Shown one piece after another: positions 18,989 through 27,969 of a stretch of DNA of 64,000 bases. The notes below the pieces were generated by a model, which saw only the letters and a list, made by a program, of their open reading frames with translations, had not been told where the DNA came from and did no database searches. A program made the position numbers and the translations under genes. The stretch covers positions 3,920 to 67,919 of the forward strand of contig JBKOYL010000008.1 in NCBI GenBank assembly GCA_046725395.1, in the 5' to 3' direction. Numbering within the stretch: the stretch's first letter is position 1; each line of letters begins with the position of its first letter. The stretch is from Actinomycetota bacterium (lineage in GTDB: Bacteria; Actinomycetota; Thermoleophilia; Solirubrobacterales; 70-9).

Positions 18989-20620
18989 ATGACCGACTCG
19001 ACGACCGACCAGATGACGGGGCGAGCCGCCGCTGCGGAGGAGGCGCTCGCCCGGCTCGGCGACGTCCACCGGGTGACCGAGGCGGCGCTGGCCTATCTCG
19101 ACCCGGAGGACCTCCTCAACGAGCTGCTCATCAGGGTCAGGGAGATCCTCGAGGTCGACACGGCGGCGGTCCTGCTCGTGGAGGAGGACGGGAGGACGCT
19201 CGCGGCGCGAGCGGCCAAGGGCCTGGAGGAGGAAGTCGAGCGCGGTTTCCGGCTTCCGATCGGGCGCGGCTTCGCCGGTCGGGTGGCCGCCACACGGGCT
19301 CCAGTGGTGATTCCGGACCTGGACAACTCGCCCGTCACCGTCGTCAATCCGCTGATGCGCGAGAAGCGGGTTCGCTCGCTGCTCGGCGTGCCCTTGATCG
19401 TCGAAGGGGAGGTGATCGGTGTGCTCCACGTCGGCTCGCTCACCCGGCGGGAGTTCGGCGAAGGCGACGTCGACCTCCTCCGACTTGTCGCCGACCGAGT
19501 CGCGCTCTCCATCGAGCGGTCCCGGCTGGCGGTCCAGGGACGGATCGCACAGACTCTGCAGCGAAGCCTGCTTCCGCGCAACCTTCCCCAGCTGCCCGGC
19601 TTCAGCATGGCCGCGCGCTATCTGCCGGCGGCCCACGAATCGGCCGTGGGCGGCGACTGGTACGACGTGATCGAGCTCGGGCCTCGCAGGCTCGGCCTGG
19701 CGATCGGCGATGTCGCGGGACACGGGATGGCCGCCGCGACCTTCATGGGAGAGCTGCGAAGCGCGATGCGCGCCTACGCGCTCGACGTCGAGCAGCCGAG
19801 CGAGGTGCTGACGAGGCTGGCGCGGTTCGCCGACCGGGAGGAGTCCCGGATGGCGACGGTGATCTACGCGACGCTCAACCTGGATACCGGCGCAGTCGCC
19901 TTCGCCCGCGCCGGCCACCCCTATCCGCTGCTGCTCCGGGCCGATGGCGACGCAATCTTCCTCACCGAGGCCTCCGGGCCGCCCCTCGGCACGCGCGCCG
20001 CCGGCTACGACGAAGCGAGCGTCGCGCTCGCGGCCGGCGACACGCTGATCCTCTACACCGACGGGCTGATCGAGCGGCGAGGCCGACGCCTCTCGGAGGG
20101 CGAGGCGGCGCTGGTCGCCGCCGCAGGCTCGGCGCCCGACGACGCGGAGCTGAGATGCGGCGCGATCATCGCGGAGCTGACCGAAGGTGTAGAGGTCGCG
20201 GATGACGTGGCGTTGCTCGTCGTCGAGGCGGTCCCGCTCGAGCAGACGCTCGAGGTTGAGGTGGCGGCAGAAGCCGAGGAGCTGGCCACCGTCAGGCACC
20301 TGGTCCGCCGCTGGGTGACCCGGCACGAGGGCACGGACGACGATTGCGCCGCGTTCGCGATCGCGGTCAGCGAGGCCTGCGCCAACGTCGTGGAGCACGC
20401 GTACGGACCCGGCGACGCGACCATCTCGCTGAGGGCGGAGTTGAGCGACGGCGTCGCAACCGTCACCGTCGCGGACCGGGGCAGCTGGCGGGAGCCGCGA
20501 GGGGACAACCGCGGGAGAGGTATCCCGGTGATGAGGGAATTCATGGATGATGTCTCGATCGAGGCCGCGGACGACGGCACCACCGTGCAACTTCGCCGGC
20601 GCCTGGGGGCGCGGCCATGA
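18989..20620 (+). CDS. GAF - PP2C (SpoIIE-type) phosphatase - HATPase (RsbW-like) fusion protein
   Basis: GAF region (LLVEEDGRTL...GVLHVGS). PP2C motifs GGDWYD, GDVAGHGMAAA and LYTDGLIE. C-terminal anti-sigma-kinase-like ACANVVEHAY...DRGSW...GRGIPVM. Confidence 0.85.
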   Translation: MTDSTTDQMTGRAAAAEEALARLGDVHRVTEAALAYLDPEDLLNELLIRVREILEVDTAAVLLVEEDGRTLAARAAKGLEEEVERGFRLPIGRGFAGRVAATRAPVVIPDLDNSPVTVVNPLMREKRVRSLLGVPLIVEGEVIGVLHVGSLTRREFGEGDVDLLRLVADRVALSIERSRLAVQGRIAQTLQRSLLPRNLPQLPGFSMAARYLPAAHESAVGGDWYDVIELGPRRLGLAIGDVAGHGMAAATFMGELRSAMRAYALDVEQPSEVLTRLARFADREESRMATVIYATLNLDTGAVAFARAGHPYPLLLRADGDAIFLTEASGPPLGTRAAGYDEASVALAAGDTLILYTDGLIERRGRRLSEGEAALVAAAGSAPDDAELRCGAIIAELTEGVEVADDVALLVVEAVPLEQTLEVEVAAEAEELATVRHLVRRWVTRHEGTDDDCAAFAIAVSEACANVVEHAYGPGDATISLRAELSDGVATVTVADRGSWREPRGDNRGRGIPVMREFMDDVSIEAADDGTTVQLRRRLGARP

Positions 20621-20976
20621 TGCCCGAGCTGGCCCGTCTCTCATTCGAGAGCGACGGTGACGTCGAGCTCGCCCGCGTTGCGGGAGAGGTCGATGCCTCG
20701 AACGTCGACGACCTCAGTGAGAAGCTGCTCGCCACCCTGTCGAACAGGACTCGCGCCGTCGTCCTCGACCTGAGCGATACGAGCTACATCGACAGCTCTG
20801 GAATCAGCCTGATCTTCGACGCCGCGGCCCGGCTTCGGAACCGCCGGCAGGAGCTGAGGCTGGTGGTGCCGCCGCGCTCATTCGTCGGCGAGGTGCTCTC
20901 CGCGGTCTCCATGCAGGAGTCCGTGCCCATCGATCCGGCTCTGTCCGACGCCCTCGAGGCGGTCGGCGCCGGCTAG
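20617..20976 (+). CDS. STAS domain anti-sigma-factor antagonist (RsbV/SpoIIAA-like)
   Basis: VLDLSDTSYIDSSGISLIF contains the conserved phosphorylatable Ser context. ATGA overlap with the upstream phosphatase/kinase fusion. Confidence 0.85.
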   Translation: MMPELARLSFESDGDVELARVAGEVDASNVDDLSEKLLATLSNRTRAVVLDLSDTSYIDSSGISLIFDAAARLRNRRQELRLVVPPRSFVGEVLSAVSMQESVPIDPALSDALEAVGAG

Positions 20977-21542
20977 GCCGAGTCGATCTCGCTCTCGATC
21001 ACGCTCAGCGTGTAGCGGCCGATCTGCAGCTCGTCGCCATCGCCCAGCGGACTCCAGTCGACGGGCTCCCCATTGACGTAGATGCCGTTCATCGAGCGGT
21101 CGTCGAGGACCCTGAGGTCCCCCTCGGGCGTCCGGACGATCACCGCATGCCGCCGGGAGACGGTCGGATCGTCGAGGCGGATGTCGGCCGAGCGGCTCCG
21201 CCCGATGCGGGACCACCCGGCATCGAGCGCGATCACTCGGGTCCGGCCGTCGGCGAACATGGCGAGGTACTTGCCCGCCTCCGTGATCGACTCACGGACG
21301 TCCTCGAGCCAGTCGGTCGACTGCGCCGCGGGGCGCGTGACCGCGATGTTCCTGAGGGTGGGCTGCTCGAACATCGACGCACGGCGGAAGTCGGTGCCAC
21401 CGCAGTTGGGGCACTTCGGAATCGACTCGGCGGGCTCGAAGCTGACCGGAAAAGAGCATCCCTGGCAGATGAACGATCCGACGCCGCCAGCCGGCTCTCC
21501 GGCGTGACGGACGTCATCCTGACTCTGTCCGGTCACGGTCAT
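20973..21542 (-). CDS. Zinc-ribbon plus FHA domain protein
   Basis: CQGC...x17...CPNCGG zinc ribbon at the N-terminus. C-terminal FHA domain: IGRSRSADIRLDDPTVSRRHAVI...NGIYVNG. Confidence 0.85.
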   Translation of the reverse strand: MTVTGQSQDDVRHAGEPAGGVGSFICQGCSFPVSFEPAESIPKCPNCGGTDFRRASMFEQPTLRNIAVTRPAAQSTDWLEDVRESITEAGKYLAMFADGRTRVIALDAGWSRIGRSRSADIRLDDPTVSRRHAVIVRTPEGDLRVLDDRSMNGIYVNGEPVDWSPLGDGDELQIGRYTLSVIESEIDSA

Positions 21543-21691
21543 CGGGGGTGCGGCGCATACTACTCCCGGTACTGCGGATTGGCTAGTGAGTTTGGTTACT
21601 TTGCGACGGAAAGTCCATACTTTCCGGGCTGATCTGCCTCGGCGTACGCACGAAGGGGGGCGGAGCCGCTGGGAACTAGAATCGCCCGGCC

Positions 21692-22195
21692 GTGGGGCCG
21701 ATCTCGCTGACCATCTCCGTCGACGCCCCGCGCGAGCGCGTCTTCGACTTCATCTGCGACCTGGCGGTGCGCCCAGCCTGGACCGACCACTTCGCGAGGG
21801 AGTACCGGCTCGAGCGGCTAGCGGCGACGGGAGAGGGGGCCGCCGCCCGCTTCCGCGTCGACGCACCGGCCGGCGTCCGGTACATGGAAACCGTGATCGC
21901 CGAGACCGCGCGGCCCTACCGGGTCGTGGAGCATGGCCGCGGGGGGCGGCTCGACCGGGTGCCGATTCGGATCGTCTGGGAGCTCGAGGAGGGTCCGACG
22001 ACCAAGCTGTCGCTGACCTTCTGGACGATCCCTCCCGGCCCGCTCGAGCGGATCAAGGAGATCGGACGCGAGCGGTGGTGGCGCCGCCGCTGGAGCAAGG
22101 CGCTGCGCCGCCTCGCCGAGTTGATCGAGTCGGGGCGGGCGCCGCCGCGCGCCACGGTAGCCGGGTCCGACCGGGTCCCCGCCTTGCCCGCCTAG
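21692..22195 (+). CDS. SRPBCC (START/polyketide cyclase-like) superfamily protein
   Basis: ISLTISVDAPRERVFDFICDLAVRPAWTDHF is a typical SRPBCC N-terminus. Length about 167 aa. Confidence 0.7.
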   Translation: MGPISLTISVDAPRERVFDFICDLAVRPAWTDHFAREYRLERLAATGEGAAARFRVDAPAGVRYMETVIAETARPYRVVEHGRGGRLDRVPIRIVWELEEGPTTKLSLTFWTIPPGPLERIKEIGRERWWRRRWSKALRRLAELIESGRAPPRATVAGSDRVPALPA

Positions 22196-22249
22196 GGTCA
22201 CGCTGGTCGGCGCGACCCCGATCTGGCTGCGGATAGACTGCGCGCCCTC

Positions 22250-22792
22250 ATGCGCCGCGGCAACAAGGGAGCCCTGGCACTTGCGCTTGCCCTCGCCTTG
22301 CTGGGAGTCGCCGGCTGCGGCGAAGATCTGAGCAAGGAGGCGGAGGAGGGCGTTCCGATCAAGCTCGGGGACCTGGAGTTCAACGTCCAGGAGACCCGCT
22401 TTCTGAACCCGTCCCAGCCCGACGACAGCGAATACCTGAGTGGGCAGAAGGTTCCGCCTCCCCCGAGCGAGTCGTATCTCGGGGTCTTCCTGACGATCCA
22501 CAACGCCGGCGACGACACCGTAAAGCTGCCGACCTATCCGGAGACGAGCATCGTCGACACCACAGGCGCCGCCTACGAGGCGATCCCGAGCAGCACCGAC
22601 TTCGCGGCGCCCCTGGGCACGGACCTCGGCGGCGGGGAGGACGTGCCGGCACCGGACACCGCGGCCGCAAACGGCCCCACCCAGGGGGCGATCGTGCTCT
22701 TCCTGGTCGGCACCGGCGTCAACGAGAACCGGCCGCTCGAGCTCGAGATCGAGTACGAGGGCGAGACCGGCGCCATCACGCTCGACATCTAG
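22250..22792 (+). CDS. Lipoprotein, DUF4352-like beta-sandwich
   Basis: Lipobox LLGVAGC. The mature part resembles DUF4352 (LGVFLTIHNAGDDTVKL ... GAIVLFLV). Confidence 0.6.
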   Translation: MRRGNKGALALALALALLGVAGCGEDLSKEAEEGVPIKLGDLEFNVQETRFLNPSQPDDSEYLSGQKVPPPPSESYLGVFLTIHNAGDDTVKLPTYPETSIVDTTGAAYEAIPSSTDFAAPLGTDLGGGEDVPAPDTAAANGPTQGAIVLFLVGTGVNENRPLELEIEYEGETGAITLDI

Positions 22793-22819
22793 CTTTCACG
22801 GAGGCGCGCCCTCCGGCCC

Positions 22820-23134
22820 ATGAGGAAGACCCAGCTCCAGGCCCTGCTCGTGATCGGCGGCATCGGCGCCGCCCTGGCGCTGATCCAGCTGCTCGGCGTC
22901 GCGGGAGGGCTGGTCGGTGTCGGGCTGATGTTGCTCTGCACCGTGCTCACCGCGCCTGCGGCTCCCGACCCGGAGGCGGGCGGACTCAACTGGTGGGCGC
23001 TGATCGCCGGCGGGACGGCGCTGGCGTTGATCGGGGTCCCGCTCGGCCTCGCGCTGGAGGCGCCCGGCGGGCTGCTCACCGCGATCGGCGGAGGGCTGGC
23101 GATGGTGGGGGTGGCGTTCGGGTACCCGACTTGA
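22820..23134 (+). CDS. Small integral membrane protein (about 3-4 TM)
   Basis: 104 aa, almost entirely Gly/Ala/Leu-rich hydrophobic segments. Follows the lipoprotein gene on the same strand. Confidence 0.5.
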   Translation: MRKTQLQALLVIGGIGAALALIQLLGVAGGLVGVGLMLLCTVLTAPAAPDPEAGGLNWWALIAGGTALALIGVPLGLALEAPGGLLTAIGGGLAMVGVAFGYPT

Positions 23135-23139
23135 TCCGG

Positions 23140-25014
23140 TCAACGGGAAAGCGCTGAAGCCAGTATCTCCCGGGCGATCGGCGCGGCGGTGCTGCCGCCG
23201 TCGCCGTTGGCATCGATCAACATCACCGCGATCGCGAGCTTCGGATTCCGCGCGGGGGCAAAGGCGATGAACCAGCCGTCGACGATCTGCTTGACCGTGT
23301 TCTCCTCGCCGGGTGCGGCGGGTGGCTGTCCGGGCTTCGGCCCGAGCTCGGCCGTGCCGGTCTTGCCGGCCACCTGGACGCCGGGAATGTCGGCGGCGAC
23401 CCCGGTGCCGGAGGTGACCACCGCCCGCATCAGGCCGGTGAGGACGCGCGCGTTCTCTTCGGAGGTGACCTGGACGGGCTTGGCGTCGCTCCGTAGCGCC
23501 GGGTCCTTGACGATTGGTGTTGGGCTTCGGATGCCGTCGTTCGCAACCGTCTGGGCGACTGATGCCATGCCCAGCGGCGTAGCCAGCACCCTGCCCTGCC
23601 CGAAGGCCGTCACGGACAGGTCGGTATGGCTGGTGTCACCGCTGAAGTCAGTGGGGATGGTCATCTTCTGCGGATTCGCGGCGGCCGTCGCCGAGGCGTT
23701 GTAGAGGCTGACCGGCTGGTTCCAGCCGTAGCGCTCGGCGGTGTCGACGAGGCGCTTCGCGCCGACCTTCACCCCGAGCGGGGCGAACACGGTGTTGCAC
23801 GATTCCGCGAAGGCCACCACGAAGGTGCCGCCACAGGGCTCATCGTGGGCGTTGTGGACCACGCGTGCTCCCGCGGTGGGGTCCGGGTTGACCTCGGTGA
23901 GCACCGGGAAGGTGTCGGTGAGTTTCACGTCCTTGCCTTCCAGGGCGGCCGTCGTGGTGATCACCTTGAACGTCGAGCCGGGCGGCTGGGGCGCCGAGTA
24001 GGCCGAGGCGGCCAGGGCGAGAACGGCGCCGGTCTTGGCGTTGAGCACGACCACGCCGCCGGACTGGCCGCCGAGAGCGTTCACCGTGGTGGTCTGCAGC
24101 CTCGGGTCGATCGTCGTCCGCACCGGCTGGCCCGGCGCCCCCTGGGTGCTCGCGAGGACGCGGCCCGGCGTGCTCGCGGGCACATCCGGCAGCGAGGTGC
24201 CCTGCTTGACGGCGAGGAGCTGGCCGCTTGGCTTCCCCGCCAGGCGGCCGTTGAAGGCGAGCTCGAGTCCGGTCACGCCGGTGGACTCATTGGTGGGATA
24301 GCCGGCCCGCTGAAGCTTCGCCTGCTGTTCCGCGTCGGGCAAGCCCGTCTCACCCGCCACGTCGATCGCGTCGGACCCGAGGGGGGAGGAGCGGTCGCCG
24401 GTCGGTCCCGTGGCGAGTGGGACGCCATGCTTGGCCAGGATGGGAGCCCGGCGGCCGAGCTTGAGCCGACGTCCGACGCGCTCGCCCGGCCCCAGGCCCG
24501 GGAAGGTCAGATGGGGATCCCAGGCCACCTTGCCGCCGTCGAGCGGCAGGCGCAGCGTTTCCTCCACCTTGCCGAAGAGGTTGGTCCGCACGCCGACCTG
24601 CACGTCGACGACGTCGGTTCCGTTGACGGTCTTCGGGCCATCGGCGTCGCCGGGGTCGATCGCCGTCGCCGTGGCGGCATCCTGCGCCACCCTGTAGGCC
24701 GTGGCGAGCTTCGTGGCGGAGTACTGGGCCTGCGCCGAGTCCGAGAGCTCGTCGTGCATCGCCTTGAAGTCCTGGTGAGCCCAGTCGTCGACGAACCGCT
24801 CGGCCATCTCCTTCTCGGGATTGCCAGCCGCGCTGATGACGCCGATGACGAAGGCGATCAGAGCGACCACCGCTAGCGGAAGCGCGCGCTGGCGCAAGCG
24901 CCGCTGGCGCTCGGTGAGAGGTCCGCGCAGTGCTCGGGGAGGACGAACGGGCCGCCTCGGCGGCGGCCCTTCCTCCCGACGTCGGGTCCGTGACCGTGTC
25001 ACGGGCGGAGTCAC
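23140..25014 (-). CDS. Class B penicillin-binding protein (transpeptidase) with NTF2-like N-terminal domain
   Basis: SxxK (GSTFKV), SxN (ESCNTV) and KTG (GKTGTA) motifs. TM anchor LPLAVVALIAFVIGVI, followed by MecA_N-like AERFVDDWAHQDFKAMHDEL. The start is uncertain (GTG 25014 or 25002). The 344-codon upstream extension in the track is antisense to the next gene. Confidence 0.85.
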   Translation of the reverse strand: MTPPVTRSRTRRREEGPPPRRPVRPPRALRGPLTERQRRLRQRALPLAVVALIAFVIGVISAAGNPEKEMAERFVDDWAHQDFKAMHDELSDSAQAQYSATKLATAYRVAQDAATATAIDPGDADGPKTVNGTDVVDVQVGVRTNLFGKVEETLRLPLDGGKVAWDPHLTFPGLGPGERVGRRLKLGRRAPILAKHGVPLATGPTGDRSSPLGSDAIDVAGETGLPDAEQQAKLQRAGYPTNESTGVTGLELAFNGRLAGKPSGQLLAVKQGTSLPDVPASTPGRVLASTQGAPGQPVRTTIDPRLQTTTVNALGGQSGGVVVLNAKTGAVLALAASAYSAPQPPGSTFKVITTTAALEGKDVKLTDTFPVLTEVNPDPTAGARVVHNAHDEPCGGTFVVAFAESCNTVFAPLGVKVGAKRLVDTAERYGWNQPVSLYNASATAAANPQKMTIPTDFSGDTSHTDLSVTAFGQGRVLATPLGMASVAQTVANDGIRSPTPIVKDPALRSDAKPVQVTSEENARVLTGLMRAVVTSGTGVAADIPGVQVAGKTGTAELGPKPGQPPAAPGEENTVKQIVDGWFIAFAPARNPKLAIAVMLIDANGDGGSTAAPIAREILASALSR

Positions 25015-25056
25015 GGGCGCAAAGGTAGTCGCTCCTGCGCTTGTATTCGGGAAACC

Positions 25057-26214
25057 GTGACCGGCCTCGACTGGCTGATCATCGCCTTCGCCGTCGCGAT
25101 GGCGTTTTGGGGCTACCAGCAGGGGTTGATCGTCGGCCTGCTCAGCCTCAGCGGCTTCGCGATCGGCGCCTTCCTCGGCAGCCGGCTGGGACCGGCGCTG
25201 CTGCCCGATGGCTCCCACTCCCCCTACGCCCCGGCGACGGCCCTCGCCGGAGCCCTGCTGATCGGCGGGATCGCCGCGGTCTCCCTGGAGGGCGTGGCCT
25301 TCGCGATGCGCCGCCGTCTGGTTGGCGCCGGCGAGCAGCGGCGCGGCCTCGCGATCGCCGAGGCGTCGGCGGGCGCCGTCCTGCTGGTCACGCTGGCACT
25401 CGGCCTCGCCTGGCTGTTCGGCGCCGTCGCCCTCAACGCGCCCGGCGTCAAGAGCCTCCGGGAGGCGGTGCAGCGCTCGGCAATACTGCGCGCCCTCAAC
25501 GACACCTTCCCGCCATCGAGCTCGCTGATCAACGCGCTTCATCGGATCGATCCGAGGGTCGCGGTGCAGGGTCCGAGCCCGGACGTCGCGGCGCCGGACT
25601 CCAAGATCGCGCGGGACCCCGAGGTGCGAGCCGCCGGCAGAAGCGTCGTCCGGGTGCTGGGCACGGCGTGTGGGCTGGGTGTCGAGGGCTCCGGCTGGAT
25701 CGCGGCGCCGGGACTGGTCGTCACCAACGCACACGTGGTGGCGGGGGAGACCGATACGACCGTGACCCCCGCCGGCTCCGGCTCCTCGCTGGACGCGACG
25801 CCGGTCCACTACGACCCCTCCAACGACCTCGCCCTGCTGCGCGTCAGCCGGCTCGGTGGCAGCCCTCTCTCCCTTGCCTCGCAGGTCAGGCCCGGGACCG
25901 CCGGGGCCGTGCTCGGGTACCCCGAGAACGGGCCGTTCGCGATCGCGCCCGCCCGCGTCGGGACAACCGGCCCGGTCGTCACCCAGGACTCCTACGGGCG
26001 CGGCCCGATCACGCGCCAGCTCACCTCGCTCCGAGGCGAGGTGCACAGCGGCAACTCCGGCGGACCGCTGGTCGACGCCGCCGGCAGGGTGATGGGCACC
26101 GTTTTCGCGGCGACCACGCAGGGAAAGCCGGGCGGTTACGCGGTGCCCAACGGCGTGGTGGCGAACGCCCTCCGCGACAGCACCAGTGCGGTGAGCACGG
26201 GGCCGTGCACCTGA
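25057..26214 (+). CDS. CvpA-family membrane domain fused to trypsin-like serine protease (MarP/Rv3671c-like)
   Basis: Four N-terminal TM segments. Protease triad contexts are VTNAHVV, SNDLALLRV and HSGNSGGPLVD. Confidence 0.8.
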   Translation: MTGLDWLIIAFAVAMAFWGYQQGLIVGLLSLSGFAIGAFLGSRLGPALLPDGSHSPYAPATALAGALLIGGIAAVSLEGVAFAMRRRLVGAGEQRRGLAIAEASAGAVLLVTLALGLAWLFGAVALNAPGVKSLREAVQRSAILRALNDTFPPSSSLINALHRIDPRVAVQGPSPDVAAPDSKIARDPEVRAAGRSVVRVLGTACGLGVEGSGWIAAPGLVVTNAHVVAGETDTTVTPAGSGSSLDATPVHYDPSNDLALLRVSRLGGSPLSLASQVRPGTAGAVLGYPENGPFAIAPARVGTTGPVVTQDSYGRGPITRQLTSLRGEVHSGNSGGPLVDAAGRVMGTVFAATTQGKPGGYAVPNGVVANALRDSTSAVSTGPCT

Positions 26215-26261
26215 TGCGAGGCTGTTTGACCGGCCCTTACGATCGGTAAGCTTAAGTCGAG

Positions 26262-26615
26262 GTGAGATCTCCGACAGGCGAGGGCCGAGCGGGGGGCGCG
26301 GCCAAGCCGAGACAAGTCTGTCCTCACTTCCACGGAGCGGTGGAGCTGATCGGACGCCGCTGGGCCGGCGCGATCCTGTACGCGCTCACCGATGGGCCGC
26401 TTCACTTCGCCCAGCTCAAGGAGGCGGTGCCGGGGATGTCCGATCGGCTGCTCTCCTGCCGGCTCAAGGAGCTCGAGCAGGCTGGCCTGGTCCGCCGTGA
26501 GGTCCAGCCCGGGAACCGCGTGCGGGTGAGCTACGAGCTCACGCGCAAGGGGCATTCGCTGGAGCCGGTGATCGGCGAGCTCCGCGAGTGGGCTCGGCAC
26601 TGGCACCGCGCGTAG
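26262..26615 (+). CDS. HxlR family transcriptional regulator
   Basis: CPHFHGAVELIGRRWAGAILYAL...LLSCRLKELEQAGLVRR is the canonical HxlR winged helix. Confidence 0.85.
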   Translation: MRSPTGEGRAGGAAKPRQVCPHFHGAVELIGRRWAGAILYALTDGPLHFAQLKEAVPGMSDRLLSCRLKELEQAGLVRREVQPGNRVRVSYELTRKGHSLEPVIGELREWARHWHRA

Positions 26616-26616
26616 G

Positions 26617-27843
26617 TCAGCCCGCCACGCTCGCAGCGGCCATGATCTTCCCGACGTTCTCCGGAGCGAAGAACTCCGGAGCGGGCATTGTCGCGGCCTG
26701 GACGCTTACGAACTCGTCCTGGGCCCCCTGGTTGCCCTGCATCGCGCCGATCAGCTGCTGCATCTCCGGCGGCGGTGGCTCCATCGTCGCGAACTCGCAG
26801 GTGAACTGGTAGACGGGCATGGCTTCGGCATCGCGCGTCTGCTGGTAGGCGGCCATCCCCTCGTCGAACGGGCGCTTTCCCGAGAAGGCGTCGTCCAGGG
26901 CGCCGGTCACCAGCTCGACGTCGCGGAAGGCGTCGTTGATGCCCATCGCCGTGATCGGGTTCTTGTGGTAGCCGGCATCGCCGACGAGCACCCAACCGGG
27001 TCCGAACGGCTTGCGGAAGTAGCCCGGCAGCTCCGCGGAGCCGACGTACCTCGTCTCCCGCTTCGCTCCCCGGACGCGCTCGGCGAACTCGGGCGCCAGC
27101 TCCAGCGCCGCAAAGAAGTTGCCCTCGATGTCGCCGCGGTTGGCCTTGAACTCCTCGCGCGGCCAGCCGAAGGGCATGACCGTCAGGCCGTCGTGGGTCG
27201 GCGCGGCCGCCCAGCCGCGCCGGTTGTCGGCGCGGATCGTGGTCTCGAATCCCGCGACGGGCAGATCGCTCCAGTACGCGTAGTACATAGCCAGCTGCGA
27301 GGGCCGCTCGCTGTAGGTCTCGGGCTCGACCGCCTTGGCAAGCAGGGAGTGCTTGCCGTCGGCGCCGATCACGACCTTCGCCTTCTCGACGACCGAGCTG
27401 CCGCCCTTGGTGTGCCCGCGGATGCCGGTCACCGCGCCGTCGTTGGCCAGGATCTCCTCGACGGTGAAGCCCTCGCGGACCTCCGCGCCAGCCTCGGCGG
27501 CGGCGTCGATCAGCAACTTGTCGAGGACGGTCCGCCGCGGAGCGTAGGCGCGGGCCACGCCGTCGATCGGCCGAGGCGATCCGGACACGGAGACGGGGCC
27601 GAAGTCGAAGGAGTAGGTCTCGAACGGCGGGCAGCCGGTCGCCTCCAGGCGCTCCAGCAGCCCCCAGCGCTCGAGCGCGGCCACGCCGGGTGGATGCATG
27701 ACGTGGGTGGACATCGTGTCACTCGGGAAGGTCGCCTTGTCGACGAGCAGCACTCTGTAGCCCTTGCGCGCCAGCAGCATCGCCGTGGGCGAGCCCGCGC
27801 ACCTTGCGCCGATCACGACCGCGTCGTAGCTCCCCTCGTTCAT
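26617..27843 (-). CDS. FAD-dependent oxidoreductase / monooxygenase
   Basis: Rossmann motif YDAVVIGARCAGSPTAMLLARKGYRVLLVDK and the later GDAGYHKNPITAMG motif. Start set to ATG 27843; the track ORF runs on to 28614 antisense to the SDR gene. Confidence 0.85.
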   Translation of the reverse strand: MNEGSYDAVVIGARCAGSPTAMLLARKGYRVLLVDKATFPSDTMSTHVMHPPGVAALERWGLLERLEATGCPPFETYSFDFGPVSVSGSPRPIDGVARAYAPRRTVLDKLLIDAAAEAGAEVREGFTVEEILANDGAVTGIRGHTKGGSSVVEKAKVVIGADGKHSLLAKAVEPETYSERPSQLAMYYAYWSDLPVAGFETTIRADNRRGWAAAPTHDGLTVMPFGWPREEFKANRGDIEGNFFAALELAPEFAERVRGAKRETRYVGSAELPGYFRKPFGPGWVLVGDAGYHKNPITAMGINDAFRDVELVTGALDDAFSGKRPFDEGMAAYQQTRDAEAMPVYQFTCEFATMEPPPPEMQQLIGAMQGNQGAQDEFVSVQAATMPAPEFFAPENVGKIMAAASVAG

Positions 27844-27969
27844 GGTCTCTCCCCGTCGGTTCGGTTCCCGGGCCACTGTCTCACGGATCATGCTCCCGTT
27901 ACAAGGGGAGCCCCACTCGGCAGGATCCTCGGATGTCAGCCGAAGCTCCCTGTCAGGCATGATCCCTGC

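Noticed and set aside
17168-20644. 1158-aa ORF on the minus strand
   Set aside because: It is antisense to gltB and to the GAF-PP2C-HATPase gene. The translation is Arg/Gly/Asp/Pro-rich low complexity with no motifs. This is the typical open antisense frame of a GC-rich genome.
25015-26046. 344-codon N-terminal extension of the PBP ORF (track 23140..26046)
   Set aside because: The extension is antisense to the MarP-like gene and is Arg/Gly-rich. PBP-like sequence begins only at the basic region preceding the TM anchor.
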